Positions 17,035 through 26,868 of a stretch of 64,000 nucleotides of DNA are shown piece by piece. The position numbers and the translations under genes were made by a program. The notes under the pieces are model-generated. The model was given only the letters and a program-made list of their open reading frames with translations, searched no databases and was not told the origin of the DNA. The stretch is from Escherichia phage tuntematon: sequence record NC_052660.1, one strand, 5' to 3'. How positions within the stretch are numbered: the stretch's first letter is position 1; each line of letters begins with the position of its first letter.

Positions 17035-17718
17035 ATGGAAAATATTAAAATCGGAGTGGGTGTTATCACTGTAGGTGTCCGTCCACTTAAAGACTACCTT
17101 GTAACAGATCCACGTGCAGATTTTCGAGTATTCAACGATCCAGATCGTAAAGGTGTAGCTTATGCCAGGAATGAACTTATGCACCAGTTTTATGAAGAAG
17201 GTTATGATTATTGGTTTATTTTTGACGACGATTGCTACCCAGTCATGGAGGGATGGGAAACATATTTTGTAGATCAAGCTGTCTCTGGAGGATGGGATTT
17301 CTTTGGTATGCCGGAGTACTTCAAAGATAAAGTTGTTGGAAGCAAAGGAGAAGTTATTCTCTGGGAACTTGCAATGTGTCAATTTGCAATGTATTCTCGT
17401 GCTGTTGTTGAGAAGATGGGTTATTTCCGTCCTTACACTCACGGTTATGGTTTTGAAGATGCTGAATGGGGACACCGTTTGCAAGCTGCTGGTTTGAATC
17501 ATGGTATTCAGGCAACACCTTGTCCACTTCGTATCATGGCTTATATCCACCCAGACGATGTTTTTGGAAACAATCCTATGCCTTTTGCTAACCTGACAAA
17601 AGAAGAGAAAGAGGCTGCTATTGGGATTAACTGGGAAGAATATAAAGCATCTTTAGAGGATATTAAAAATGGGAAAATCCGAATTTCCTATGAGGAGGCA
17701 CTAGCACATGTCAAATAA
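17035..17718 (+). CDS. glycosyltransferase (GT-A fold, DxD type)
   Basis: WFIFDDDCYP and later YGFEDAEWGHRL are typical of family-2-like nucleotide-sugar transferases. Confidence 0.55.
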   Translation: MENIKIGVGVITVGVRPLKDYLVTDPRADFRVFNDPDRKGVAYARNELMHQFYEEGYDYWFIFDDDCYPVMEGWETYFVDQAVSGGWDFFGMPEYFKDKVVGSKGEVILWELAMCQFAMYSRAVVEKMGYFRPYTHGYGFEDAEWGHRLQAAGLNHGIQATPCPLRIMAYIHPDDVFGNNPMPFANLTKEEKEAAIGINWEEYKASLEDIKNGKIRISYEEALAHVK

Positions 17719-18655
17719 AAAATGGTCTAAACTAAAAATTGATGCAAAACCTCACAGCGGTTGTGACTATCATCGTATTGTTATACCATTTAACAACAAT
17801 AATATTCAACCTAAGAAAGATGTTGTTGTGTTTAACCGTATCCACTCTAAAGGTGCAGAATACGTTTTATCTTTGAAACGTCAAGGTGTTAAGGTTGTTG
17901 TAGACTTAGATGATTTTTACCAACTTAATCCAGAACATTATTTAGCAAGCCTATACGAGTCAAACACTCATGCTATTGTAGCTATGGTTAAGCTTGCTGA
18001 TGTGGTTATTGTGACTACGGAATATTTGGCATATAAGATCCGTCACTTAAATAGGAATGTTGTTGTGATCCGAAATGCACTTCCTTTTGATAGCGGACAA
18101 TTCACTTTGTCAAATGATCGTTCATCCGGTACCCCTGTTGTATGGGCTGGCGGTGCTAGTCACGAACCAGACTTACGACTAGTCTCTAATACTTTCGATG
18201 ATGAACTTCTTACTATTGCGGGATATGAAGCATCACAAAGCATCACGGGACAAGAGTGGATTAAGATTCGCAGAAATTTACCAAATGCCAAATATAAAGC
18301 CGCTGTAAAAGATTTAGATAATTACATGAGTGTTTACGAAAGTCATGCTATTGCTATAGCTCCTTTGGTAGATAATGATTTTAATAATTGTAAAAGTAAT
18401 CTCAAAATCCTGGAAGCTGGAGCAAAAGGTATTCCAATTGTTTGTTCTAAGGTATTACCTTATTTTAACCCTGTAGATGCTCGCGCTGTTGCTTACGCAG
18501 AGAATAAAGCAGAATGGCATTACGAAATTGTTAAGCTTCTTCGCAATCCAAACTATCGGGAAGATCGTGGCTTGTTCTTGGCTGAACATGTTCGAACACA
18601 TTATAATCTGGCAGATGCAAACGAGTTGCGACGCCAGGTTATTGAAAGTTTGTAG
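17708..18655 (+). CDS. glycosyltransferase-like protein (GT-B-like), tandem paralog A
   Basis: 315 aa; C-terminal KSNLKILEAGAKGIPIV resembles the GT1 E-x7-E region; clear similarity to the next ORF. Confidence 0.5.
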   Translation: MSNKKWSKLKIDAKPHSGCDYHRIVIPFNNNNIQPKKDVVVFNRIHSKGAEYVLSLKRQGVKVVVDLDDFYQLNPEHYLASLYESNTHAIVAMVKLADVVIVTTEYLAYKIRHLNRNVVVIRNALPFDSGQFTLSNDRSSGTPVVWAGGASHEPDLRLVSNTFDDELLTIAGYEASQSITGQEWIKIRRNLPNAKYKAAVKDLDNYMSVYESHAIAIAPLVDNDFNNCKSNLKILEAGAKGIPIVCSKVLPYFNPVDARAVAYAENKAEWHYEIVKLLRNPNYREDRGLFLAEHVRTHYNLADANELRRQVIESL

Positions 18656-18662
18656 GTGAAGT

Positions 18663-19607
18663 ATGGGACAAATAATTCTTGACAATCGTAACGGAATCAA
18701 TTATAGTGTCTGCGATTTCCATAGGGTAGTGCTGCCTTACTCAAGGCAGTTCTCTTCACAACCTAAACACAACGTTTTCGTTTTTAACGGAGTGCCAACA
18801 AAAGGTAAAGAGGGCTTTTTAGCCCTTAAAAACCTAGGCTTTAAAATGGTTATGGATTTGGATGACTCTTTAGTTATTCCAAAAGGACACATGTTAGAAG
18901 GTATTTTTGAATCAGGTATTCGTGAACATTTAAAATGGTTTTTAGAGCACAGCGATCTTGTTACAACTACGACACCTGCTTTGCAAGTTGAACTTTCACA
19001 ATACAATGATAATGTGCACATAATCCCTAATGGTCTTCCTTACGATGAAGGTCAATTTGTGTTGACCCGTGATCGCTACTCCAAAACTCCATTAGTCTGG
19101 GCTGGAAGTGAAACACATAAACAAGATTTGGCTATCTTGCCCGATTTTGGTAAAAATCTTACAATATGTGGTTTTCGTAGGGATTCTGAAGTTTTAAGTA
19201 GTCGTGAATGGTCTGTGATCAGAGAAAATGTAGCACCAACTTGTGTTTATGAAGGTGTAAGACCATATGCCAACTACATGGAATCTTACGATGGTCATCA
19301 AATCAGTCTTGCGCCATTGCTTGATAACGTGTTTAATAATGCAAAAAGCAATCTTAAAATTCTTGAGGCAGGTGCTAAGGGTTTACCTTTGATCTGTTCT
19401 CCTCGTGAGAATTATCATACACAAGAGTTTAAAGATTTGTTATTCTTTGCTGAAACACCTTCCGAGTGGAAAGATATTACGGAATACTTATTAAGTGCTC
19501 CCGATGTTTGCATGGAGAAAGGATTAGCATTAGCTAAGTATGTCAGGACTCATTATCACATTGATGTGTTGAATGAGCGTCGTAGACTTTTATTTGAGGA
19601 GCTATAA
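18663..19607 (+). CDS. glycosyltransferase-like protein (GT-B-like), tandem paralog B
   Basis: 314 aa; shares CDFHRVVLP, VMDLDD, PLVWAG and NNAKSNLKILEAGAKGLPLICS blocks with the preceding ORF. Confidence 0.5.
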   Translation: MGQIILDNRNGINYSVCDFHRVVLPYSRQFSSQPKHNVFVFNGVPTKGKEGFLALKNLGFKMVMDLDDSLVIPKGHMLEGIFESGIREHLKWFLEHSDLVTTTTPALQVELSQYNDNVHIIPNGLPYDEGQFVLTRDRYSKTPLVWAGSETHKQDLAILPDFGKNLTICGFRRDSEVLSSREWSVIRENVAPTCVYEGVRPYANYMESYDGHQISLAPLLDNVFNNAKSNLKILEAGAKGLPLICSPRENYHTQEFKDLLFFAETPSEWKDITEYLLSAPDVCMEKGLALAKYVRTHYHIDVLNERRRLLFEEL

Positions 19608-19885
19608 TGATTAACACTTTTGATTTTGAATACACCACTCGTAACGGGAAAGCCTTAGTCGTGGAGGTGGATTACTATTATGAAGAGCCTAACCCGCTTT
19701 CTCGTGAAAGTGATTGGGATTACCACGGAGGGCTTTTAATCGACGGTATTCGTTTTTATGAAGGCTCTACAGAAGTTTTTGAAAAAGATTTAAATGTAAC
19801 TGTAGCAGAAATTGCTTTCCAATTTAGAAAGCACATGGAAGAACTAGAAGCAGAATATATGATGGAGACTAACGAACCATTTTAA
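19607..19885 (+). CDS. hypothetical protein
   Basis: 92 aa ORF; start overlaps the upstream stop (TAATG). Confidence 0.4.
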   Translation: MINTFDFEYTTRNGKALVVEVDYYYEEPNPLSRESDWDYHGGLLIDGIRFYEGSTEVFEKDLNVTVAEIAFQFRKHMEELEAEYMMETNEPF

Positions 19886-19897
19886 CAGGAGAACAAA

Positions 19898-21676
19898 GTG
19901 TCGCACATTATAACTAAATATGGATTTGATGTTGATCTTAGCAAGGAAGGGCATACAGGTTGTCCGCGCTGCATGAAAAATGGCAAGGATCGCTCTCGTA
20001 ATAACCTGATGGTTTATGGATTAGATTCTAATGGAGAGCATAAAGGTGCTAAGTGCTTTGCGTGTGAATACACTATTCCTAGCGTAGAATGGTTACGAGA
20101 AAATGGTGAAGTTTTAGAAGAAGAGGAGGAGATTGTGGGTTCGGAATTTAATAAACAGATTCATCGTAAAATTGTTCAAGAAACATCAACCAACCCACGT
20201 GGTTATCGAGGCATTAAAGAAAAAGTTTCATCTTTCTATGGTGTTCGTTATGAATACCGTCAGGAAGGGGATCAGATGGTAGTAGAAAGTTGTTTATATC
20301 CAACTACTATCGGTAAAGAGTTGGTTGGTTTTAAGCGTCGTATTCATCCTAAAGATTTCAGTAAACCTATTGGTCAAGTAGGTAAAGATGTAGATCTTTT
20401 TGGACAAATTCGTTTTGCAGACCGTTCTCATACTGTGGTAATTACAGGTGGTGAACACGATGCTCTGGCAGCTTATCAAATGCTGTCTGAAAACTTGGAC
20501 AACAAATATGAACTTCCAGCAGTAGTTAGTGGCACAACTGGTGAAACCAGTATGTATAAACAAGTTCAGGCACAATATCCTTTCTTTGAAAAATTTAAGA
20601 AGATTATTGTTTGCATGGATAATGACAAAGCTGGTAATGAGGCATTTGAAAATATTGTTAAGGTGCTGCCTCGTAACAAAGTCTACCGTATGCAGATGGA
20701 TCTTAAGGATGCCAATCAGTATCTGGAAGAAGGTCGTGCAAAAGATTTCGTAAAAGCTTTTTGGAGTGCTCGTCTATACACCCCAGCAGGTGTTTATGCT
20801 TCTAATGTCTTGTATGAAGCTGCATTAGAATGCTTGGAATCCAAGATGATTACCTTGCCTCCTTTTATGCGTGTTGCTGCAAATATGCTGGGTGGTGGTT
20901 TAGTAGAGGAAGAGATTACAGTTATCCTGGCAAAGACCAGTATCGGTAAAACTTTGATGGTGAACGAGATCACCAAACATATTATTGTTGCGCACCCAGA
21001 ACATACCCTAGGTATTCTGTCCTTGGAAGCAACTTATAAGAAATATTCTCGTAACCTGTTGTCCTCGTTCCTGCATATTCCTCTACACAGGAAAACACCG
21101 GAAGAGAAATTTCAAATCTTGGAAGAGAATAAAGAAAAAATCCTAGATTTTTACGAAAGAGAAGATGGATCACCACGTTTTTATGTGTGTGATGATCGTG
21201 GAGCAGATGTGGAGTCTATCAAAGAAAAAGTTTTGGAGATGATCATCTATTTTGGAGTAACAATTCTTGTTATCGACCCTTATTCTGATTTGCTTTCTGG
21301 TATGGATGTTCAAGCCCAGGAAGAGTTAGCAACATGGTTGAAGCGCATCATGAAAGAGTATGCTATAACCATTATCGTCATCTCACACGTTAAGAAGTCG
21401 GCTAATGGTGGCAATGAACACTTAACAGAGGACGATGCAATGGGTAGTAGTTTCTTGGCTAAAGGTGCTGGTATTACCTTGGCTTTGGAACGAGATAAAG
21501 CCGCTGAAGACCCTGTAGAACGCAATACGACTCATTGCTTTATCCTAAAAAACCGTGAGTTCTCGGAAACTGGTCCGGCAGGGCAGTTTTACTATGACAT
21601 TAGAACTGCAACTCTGCATGACAAAGAGCAGTATTTCAACAATCCTGCTAATTTGCCTACGGATAGCAACTATTAA
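19898..21676 (+). CDS. bifunctional primase-helicase (T7 gp4-like)
   Basis: GTG start after AGGAG; N-terminal Cys4 zinc ribbon (CPRC...CFAC), central TOPRIM-like region, C-terminal DnaB-like helicase with Walker A (AKTSIGKT) and Walker B (ILVIDPYSD). Confidence 0.85.
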   Translation: MSHIITKYGFDVDLSKEGHTGCPRCMKNGKDRSRNNLMVYGLDSNGEHKGAKCFACEYTIPSVEWLRENGEVLEEEEEIVGSEFNKQIHRKIVQETSTNPRGYRGIKEKVSSFYGVRYEYRQEGDQMVVESCLYPTTIGKELVGFKRRIHPKDFSKPIGQVGKDVDLFGQIRFADRSHTVVITGGEHDALAAYQMLSENLDNKYELPAVVSGTTGETSMYKQVQAQYPFFEKFKKIIVCMDNDKAGNEAFENIVKVLPRNKVYRMQMDLKDANQYLEEGRAKDFVKAFWSARLYTPAGVYASNVLYEAALECLESKMITLPPFMRVAANMLGGGLVEEEITVILAKTSIGKTLMVNEITKHIIVAHPEHTLGILSLEATYKKYSRNLLSSFLHIPLHRKTPEEKFQILEENKEKILDFYEREDGSPRFYVCDDRGADVESIKEKVLEMIIYFGVTILVIDPYSDLLSGMDVQAQEELATWLKRIMKEYAITIIVISHVKKSANGGNEHLTEDDAMGSSFLAKGAGITLALERDKAAEDPVERNTTHCFILKNREFSETGPAGQFYYDIRTATLHDKEQYFNNPANLPTDSNY

Positions 21677-21697
21677 GGGCTTCGGCCCTTTTATTAA
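21675..21697 (+). terminator. rho-independent terminator after the primase-helicase gene
   Basis: GGGCTTCGGCCC hairpin followed by TTTTATT. Confidence 0.6.
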
Positions 21698-21706
21698 AAA
21701 TACCTG

Positions 21707-21735
21707 TTGACAACTTTACGGAAGGGACTTATACT
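21707..21735 (+). promoter_or_regulatory. strong sigma70-like promoter
   Basis: TTGACA (21707-21712), 17-nt spacer, TATACT (21730-21735). Confidence 0.55.
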
Positions 21736-21768
21736 TGTCTCATCAACCAAACAAGAGGAGAAGTAAAA

Positions 21769-22200
21769 ATGCGTATGACAATCGATCTGAATGCAAAAGT
21801 TAAAGCTGCTGGTGCTCTGGGTGCTGGTGTTATTAAACACAAACAAGCGTTGGCATTTGCCATCCCACATATGATTGTTGAGGATCATCCTGAAGAGTTT
21901 GCTGTAAAAGTTGTTGAGAACAATGTCTCTGTTATTGAACATCTTCCAACTGGACGTTCTTACCGTGTTGTTTCTTCTAAAGGTTTCCGTTTCGATGTAA
22001 GCCCTTCTTTCACAAAAGGTGCTGGTCGTAGTAAAGTGGGTATTCTTTCTTACAAATATTATATCGATAAAGTTGCAGATGGTGTCGCATTCTGTCGTGT
22101 AAGTGAAGGTAAAGTAGATATCATCTTTAAAAATACCAAAAACATGGTTATTTCTGACGATGGTAAAGTTGACCTCACTATTGAGTTCGCTAACAACTAA
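21769..22200 (+). CDS. hypothetical protein (own promoter)
   Basis: 143 aa ORF with AGGAGAAG RBS; no motif recognised. Confidence 0.5.
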   Translation: MRMTIDLNAKVKAAGALGAGVIKHKQALAFAIPHMIVEDHPEEFAVKVVENNVSVIEHLPTGRSYRVVSSKGFRFDVSPSFTKGAGRSKVGILSYKYYIDKVADGVAFCRVSEGKVDIIFKNTKNMVISDDGKVDLTIEFANN

Positions 22201-22209
22201 GGAGGACTA

Positions 22210-23004
22210 TTGAGCAAGTTGAATACACTTGATCAATATTACACTAACCCCGCTTATGCGGGGTTCTTATGTGATAAGATCAAAGAAATTTTTGGAGAGG
22301 AAGCTAACTACGTAGAACCATCTGCGGGAGAAGGAGCTTTCTCTTTTTGTTTTAAAAACATAACTTCTTTTGATATTGACCCTAAGTTTGAAGATTGTAT
22401 TGAGGCAGATTTTTTAGCTCAATCTGTTGAGTCTGTTGGCAGTGTAACTGCTTTTGTCGGTAATCCTCCGTTTGGAAAAAATGCCAGTCTTGCCATTAAG
22501 TTCTTTAACCATTGTGCTGAAATGTTGGATAACGAAGGTGGTATTTGTTTTATCTTGCCTCGCACATTTCAAAAAATCTTTTTTGCACACAAACTAAATC
22601 CCCACATGCATCTTCTTTACGAAGAAGAATGTCCAAAAGGATCTTTTATTCTTCATGGAGAACCTTGGGATGTTCCTTGTGTATTCCAGATATGGATTAA
22701 ACGCAACGAGAAGCGTTCTCCCGTTGTTTTAGGAGAGAATCGACTGTTCGTATTAGGTAACAGTAAAGACTACGATATAGCCGTTAGGAGAGCGGGAGCA
22801 AGTGCAGGTAAAGTGTTATCAGAAGAAGATTCTTTATCTGAAGCATCTACCTACTTTTTAAAAGCCTTGACTTCTGATCTTAAAACACGTATCATTGAGG
22901 CTTACCCGTTACTTAAAGCTGAAGCTAGTAAAACTGCGGGAGTAAGAAGTTTAAGTTTAAAAGAACTTCAGTGGGTTCTGGAGAACATTAGAAAGGAGGA
23001 ATAG
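22210..23004 (+). CDS. N6-adenine DNA methyltransferase
   Basis: TTG start after AAGGAGG; motif I (VEPSAGEGAF) followed by catalytic NPPF (VGNPPFG). Confidence 0.8.
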   Translation: MSKLNTLDQYYTNPAYAGFLCDKIKEIFGEEANYVEPSAGEGAFSFCFKNITSFDIDPKFEDCIEADFLAQSVESVGSVTAFVGNPPFGKNASLAIKFFNHCAEMLDNEGGICFILPRTFQKIFFAHKLNPHMHLLYEEECPKGSFILHGEPWDVPCVFQIWIKRNEKRSPVVLGENRLFVLGNSKDYDIAVRRAGASAGKVLSEEDSLSEASTYFLKALTSDLKTRIIEAYPLLKAEASKTAGVRSLSLKELQWVLENIRKEE

Positions 23005-25601
23005 TGAGTAAGTTTACATGGGATATTGAAGCAAACGGATTGTTGAATAATGACACTATTGATTATTTAGCTAGTCCTTATCGTCTCAAAGACACATTTC
23101 AAATGCACTGTATTGTCTTAGAGAACCATGAAACAGGAGAAATAGTAGCTTTCCACGATGGCCCTAAATACATCTTTGATGGGCGTCCTTATGAAGAGTC
23201 AGATGGTAAATACACATATGTTCTTAAAGAGTATGTGGCGCAAGATTACACACATTTTCAACTAAAAGATTTCCCAGATTTTATTAATCATGAAGGTTAT
23301 TTTAAAGACAAGCCTGAATATCTGGTTGAAATGGCTGTGGCTCACAACGGTATCAACTACGACTGGTTGGCTACAAAACTGTTTTATGGATTAGATTACA
23401 GTGTTAAATATAATACGTGGGGCAAAAATAAGGTAAAACTTATTGACTCCTTGATTTTGAGTAAAGTGTTAAACCCAGATCGAAAGATTGAGGGCAAATC
23501 AGGACATAGCTTGGCAGCACTTTCTCGAAAAGCAGGTGGTGATGTAAAAATAGATTTCCGTAAAGAGATTCCAGAAGAAGATCGATTTAAGACTTTTGCT
23601 GCGGATATGCTTTATTACTGTATCTATGACAACAAAGCCAATACGAGCGTATATAATTACCTTATGGAAGAATGGGGTGATTATGATAAATGGGAAGGTC
23701 CATTTGAACTTGAACAACGTGTAGCAGACATTATTACACGTCAGGAACACCGTGGATTTGCTTTTAACATGAAACAAGCAGAAGAGAACCTTGCTTTTTT
23801 GGATGCAGAAATGGAGCGTCTTCGTTTACTCGTTGAGCCTATTTTGCCACCTAAACCAGCAACAAAAGGTTATCTTAAGGCTTTTATTCCACCTAAGTTG
23901 CAAATTAAAAAGAACTTAGAGCCAACTAACCATATGATCAATTTTGCTAAGAAACATGATGGTCATTTGGAAGAGAGGGATGGCGATTGGTGGTTAGTTA
24001 TGTTGGGGAAAGAGTGGAAACTGCCAGTTGCAGCAGATGAACCTCTATGTGATCCTAACATTCCTGCAACATTGAACGATACAACCCATATTAAAAACTG
24101 GCTTGTAGGATTAGGTTGGGTACCATCTGAATATAAAGATAAAGACTTGACTCTTAAATCTGGCACCAAGATTAAAAAGAGCGAGGAAGAACTTCAGAAA
24201 GGTATTCGAGCTTACGTTGAGCAAACTCTATCTTCTAATTTTTGTCAGGATCGTTGTGATCATCTGGAGTGCACACCGGAAACCCTGGAAAGGAAGATTC
24301 AAGAGCGTATAGCAAAAGGTAAAGGTCGCGGTCTTAAAGTATTGACTAACCCATGTTTTACCAAAGGTCAGGAAAAAGAAATTTGTCCTAACCTGCAAGC
24401 TTTGGGTGAGAAGTTTCCTTATGCTACACAGATTGTAGAATACTTAACGTATAAGCATCGTAGGAACTCTATTTTAGGTGGCGGTGCTGATTGGGAAGAA
24501 GATGAAGAAGATCAAGAATACGATAAAGGTTTCTTAGCCGCAGTAAGGGCGGATGGGCGTATTCCTACCCCAGCCGCTACATGTGATGCTGCAACCTCTC
24601 GTATGAAGCATAGATCTGTAGCTAATATTCCTCGTGTCACATCTTTGTTTGGATGGGAGATGCGTAACTTGTTTGGTGTAGAGGTTCCTAAATACTTCCA
24701 GATCGGCTACGATTTCGACTCTTTGGAAGCAAAAATTGAATCACACTACTGTTGGCGGTACGAGCCGGAGCCACACGAATATTGTAACGCTCTGTTGTTA
24801 GAGAAACCTAACGATGTTCACACAATGATGGCAAAACGTATCACTGAAACTATTGGACGTAAATTTGAACGTAGTCCTGCTAAATCTGTTAAGTATGGTA
24901 TTACCTATGGTGCACAAGCCGACAAGGTTGCTAAAACAATTGGTAGCGATAAGTTTACAGGTCAATTGGTGTTTGATGCTTTCTGGGAAGCTGCATTCCC
25001 ATTGGCGCGTCTTAAAGAACGTTTAAACGATTTCTGGGTTAAGACTGGTAAACAATATGTTTTGGGTATTGACGGTCGTAAGGTTCCTACTCGTTCTGCT
25101 CACGCGATTCTTAACTCTCTATTCCAAAGCGGCGGGGTTATCTGTGCTAAACGTGCAATGGTTATTTATGACGACATGATCGAAGAAGAAGGGCTAAGTG
25201 TTGACTTCTTTAAAGATGACTGGAAGAATAAAGACTTCGTGCAACAAATGATCGCATATCACGATGAAGCCCAGCTTGAAGTTTCTCGTAACCTTGTAGA
25301 ATTTAAATGGTTTTCACCTGAATCATTAGGTTGGAAGAAAGTAGACGATCCTGAAGAACAAAAGAAAATTGATAAAGAATGCCTTGCTAAAGTTGAAGAA
25401 TGGAAGCATAATAAGGAAAAAGAGACGGGACAAATTTGGGCTAACATTCATGAATCTCCCAAAGGTGGATGGTTTACAGCCTATAGTCGGGCAGGTGAAC
25501 TTGCTGCTTTAGCTGTTACTAAGGCTGGAGAATTTTACAATCTTAATGTTCAGCTTACTGCCGGATATGATGTGGGTAACTCCTGGGCGTCCTGTCACTA
25601 G
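23004..25601 (+). CDS. DNA polymerase, family A, with 3'-5' exonuclease domain
   Basis: 865 aa; Exo I (FTWDIEANGL); Pol A motif A-like (DFDSLEAKI), motif B (RSPAKSVKYGITYGA) and motif C (AYHDEAQLEV). Confidence 0.88.
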   Translation: MSKFTWDIEANGLLNNDTIDYLASPYRLKDTFQMHCIVLENHETGEIVAFHDGPKYIFDGRPYEESDGKYTYVLKEYVAQDYTHFQLKDFPDFINHEGYFKDKPEYLVEMAVAHNGINYDWLATKLFYGLDYSVKYNTWGKNKVKLIDSLILSKVLNPDRKIEGKSGHSLAALSRKAGGDVKIDFRKEIPEEDRFKTFAADMLYYCIYDNKANTSVYNYLMEEWGDYDKWEGPFELEQRVADIITRQEHRGFAFNMKQAEENLAFLDAEMERLRLLVEPILPPKPATKGYLKAFIPPKLQIKKNLEPTNHMINFAKKHDGHLEERDGDWWLVMLGKEWKLPVAADEPLCDPNIPATLNDTTHIKNWLVGLGWVPSEYKDKDLTLKSGTKIKKSEEELQKGIRAYVEQTLSSNFCQDRCDHLECTPETLERKIQERIAKGKGRGLKVLTNPCFTKGQEKEICPNLQALGEKFPYATQIVEYLTYKHRRNSILGGGADWEEDEEDQEYDKGFLAAVRADGRIPTPAATCDAATSRMKHRSVANIPRVTSLFGWEMRNLFGVEVPKYFQIGYDFDSLEAKIESHYCWRYEPEPHEYCNALLLEKPNDVHTMMAKRITETIGRKFERSPAKSVKYGITYGAQADKVAKTIGSDKFTGQLVFDAFWEAAFPLARLKERLNDFWVKTGKQYVLGIDGRKVPTRSAHAILNSLFQSGGVICAKRAMVIYDDMIEEEGLSVDFFKDDWKNKDFVQQMIAYHDEAQLEVSRNLVEFKWFSPESLGWKKVDDPEEQKKIDKECLAKVEEWKHNKEKETGQIWANIHESPKGGWFTAYSRAGELAALAVTKAGEFYNLNVQLTAGYDVGNSWASCH

Positions 25602-25618
25602 TTAACTCATTGTTTTAT

Positions 25619-25640
25619 AAGGGGCTTCTGCCCCTTTATA
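25619..25640 (+). terminator. terminator-like hairpin after the DNA polymerase gene
   Basis: AAGGGGC-ttct-GCCCCTT followed by TATA; U-tract weak. Confidence 0.45.
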
Positions 25641-25649
25641 GGAGGAGAT

Positions 25650-25841
25650 ATGCATTACGATTTAGATTGTCTTGGTATGCCTTACCTACCAGATGAATTT
25701 GAAGGTGAAGAAGAACGTGAATGGGACGATGGGGATATCCGTTGTTGGTCTTGTGGTAAAGATATGTCTTATGAACAACATATGCACAATGATGGTTTCT
25801 GCATACATTGTTATAATGAAATTGATCTGGAGGAAGATTAA
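25650..25841 (+). CDS. hypothetical small Cys/His-rich protein
   Basis: 63 aa with CWSC...CIHC; AGGAGGAG RBS. Confidence 0.4.
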   Translation: MHYDLDCLGMPYLPDEFEGEEEREWDDGDIRCWSCGKDMSYEQHMHNDGFCIHCYNEIDLEED

Positions 25842-26008
25842 TGGGAAATGGTATCATGATTTGCTATAAAATTGTGCGTATTGTCGGAGACGAAGTTACC
25901 ACTCGGTATTTTATGATAGAGTCTCAAGCCGATGAGGTTTACAATGACTGGCTTGAAAAAGGTGGATACGATTTTGTATCTAAAGAAACTTTCCGTTTAG
26001 AGGTATAA
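25841..26008 (+). CDS. hypothetical small protein (55 aa, absent from ORF track)
   Basis: ATG at 25841 overlaps the upstream stop (TAATG) and follows GGAGGAAG; fills the gap to 26019. Confidence 0.3.
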   Translation: MGNGIMICYKIVRIVGDEVTTRYFMIESQADEVYNDWLEKGGYDFVSKETFRLEV

Positions 26009-26018
26009 GGAGAAAACA

Positions 26019-26237
26019 ATGCGTAAACTAGTGAGCTTTAATGTTTCAATTCTTATTGATGAACAAAATGAAGATGTTATTAAAGGTCTTGCAAATAAGA
26101 TTGCAGGTGGAATGACGGAAGCTGAAGTGTGGGAAGAATGTGCTCGACTTTATGAGGAAGGTGTTATTGAGGTCTTGGGGGATGAGATTAATATGGACGA
26201 TGTTGTAAAAGTAACTGTGGAGCGTATCAATGACTAA
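26019..26237 (+). CDS. hypothetical small acidic protein
   Basis: 72 aa ORF with AAGGAG RBS. Confidence 0.4.
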   Translation: MRKLVSFNVSILIDEQNEDVIKGLANKIAGGMTEAEVWEECARLYEEGVIEVLGDEINMDDVVKVTVERIND

Positions 26238-26823
26238 ATCAAAACAAATCAATATTGCCAAAGAAATTCTTACCGTATTAAAGATCGCTGATCCTAATTC
26301 TGTCTTGGCTGGCGGTGCTGTTCGTGATTGGCGTATTCTTGATATTGCTGGACGTGATCTGGATTTCTATACATCCCTTCCTGCACATCGGACTGAAGAA
26401 CAAATACAAGGATTAATTGCATCTGCTTTAATGGGAACCAATATTCGTAAACTAGGAAACAAAGAGGCTTCTGACAATTATGAAGGTGTTACTGGTCTTA
26501 AACACGTTTTTGAGTTTGAACGTGATGGTCAGCTTTGCAACCTTATGATTATGGAACCAAGCGTAATGACAACCTTTCTAAATGAGTTCGATCTGTCCAT
26601 CTGCCAGGCTGCATTTGATGGGAAGGACTGTTATTATTCTAAAGATTTTGAAACAACCTTGGAAACAGGGATCTGCTTCTTGCACAAAGATGTTAGAGAA
26701 GATGCCAAACACGTTATTAAAATTGCTACACGTTTCCCATATCTTCGTTTTGTGAAAGAGGTTAAGGTTCCACGTCCACCTCAAGTAGATACCAGATTGG
26801 AAGAAGATGATATTCCTTGGTAA
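26230..26823 (+). CDS. pol-beta superfamily nucleotidyltransferase (tRNA CCA-adding / poly(A) polymerase head-domain-like)
   Basis: LAGGAVRDWRILDIAGRDLDFY matches the GGAVRD...DxD signature of tRNA nucleotidyltransferase head domains; only 197 aa (no HD domain); C-terminus EEDDIPW. Confidence 0.55.
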   Translation: MTKSKQINIAKEILTVLKIADPNSVLAGGAVRDWRILDIAGRDLDFYTSLPAHRTEEQIQGLIASALMGTNIRKLGNKEASDNYEGVTGLKHVFEFERDGQLCNLMIMEPSVMTTFLNEFDLSICQAAFDGKDCYYSKDFETTLETGICFLHKDVREDAKHVIKIATRFPYLRFVKEVKVPRPPQVDTRLEEDDIPW

Positions 26824-26868
26824 TTAAAGCTTGACAATATTAAACATTTTATGATAGGATAGCATTCA

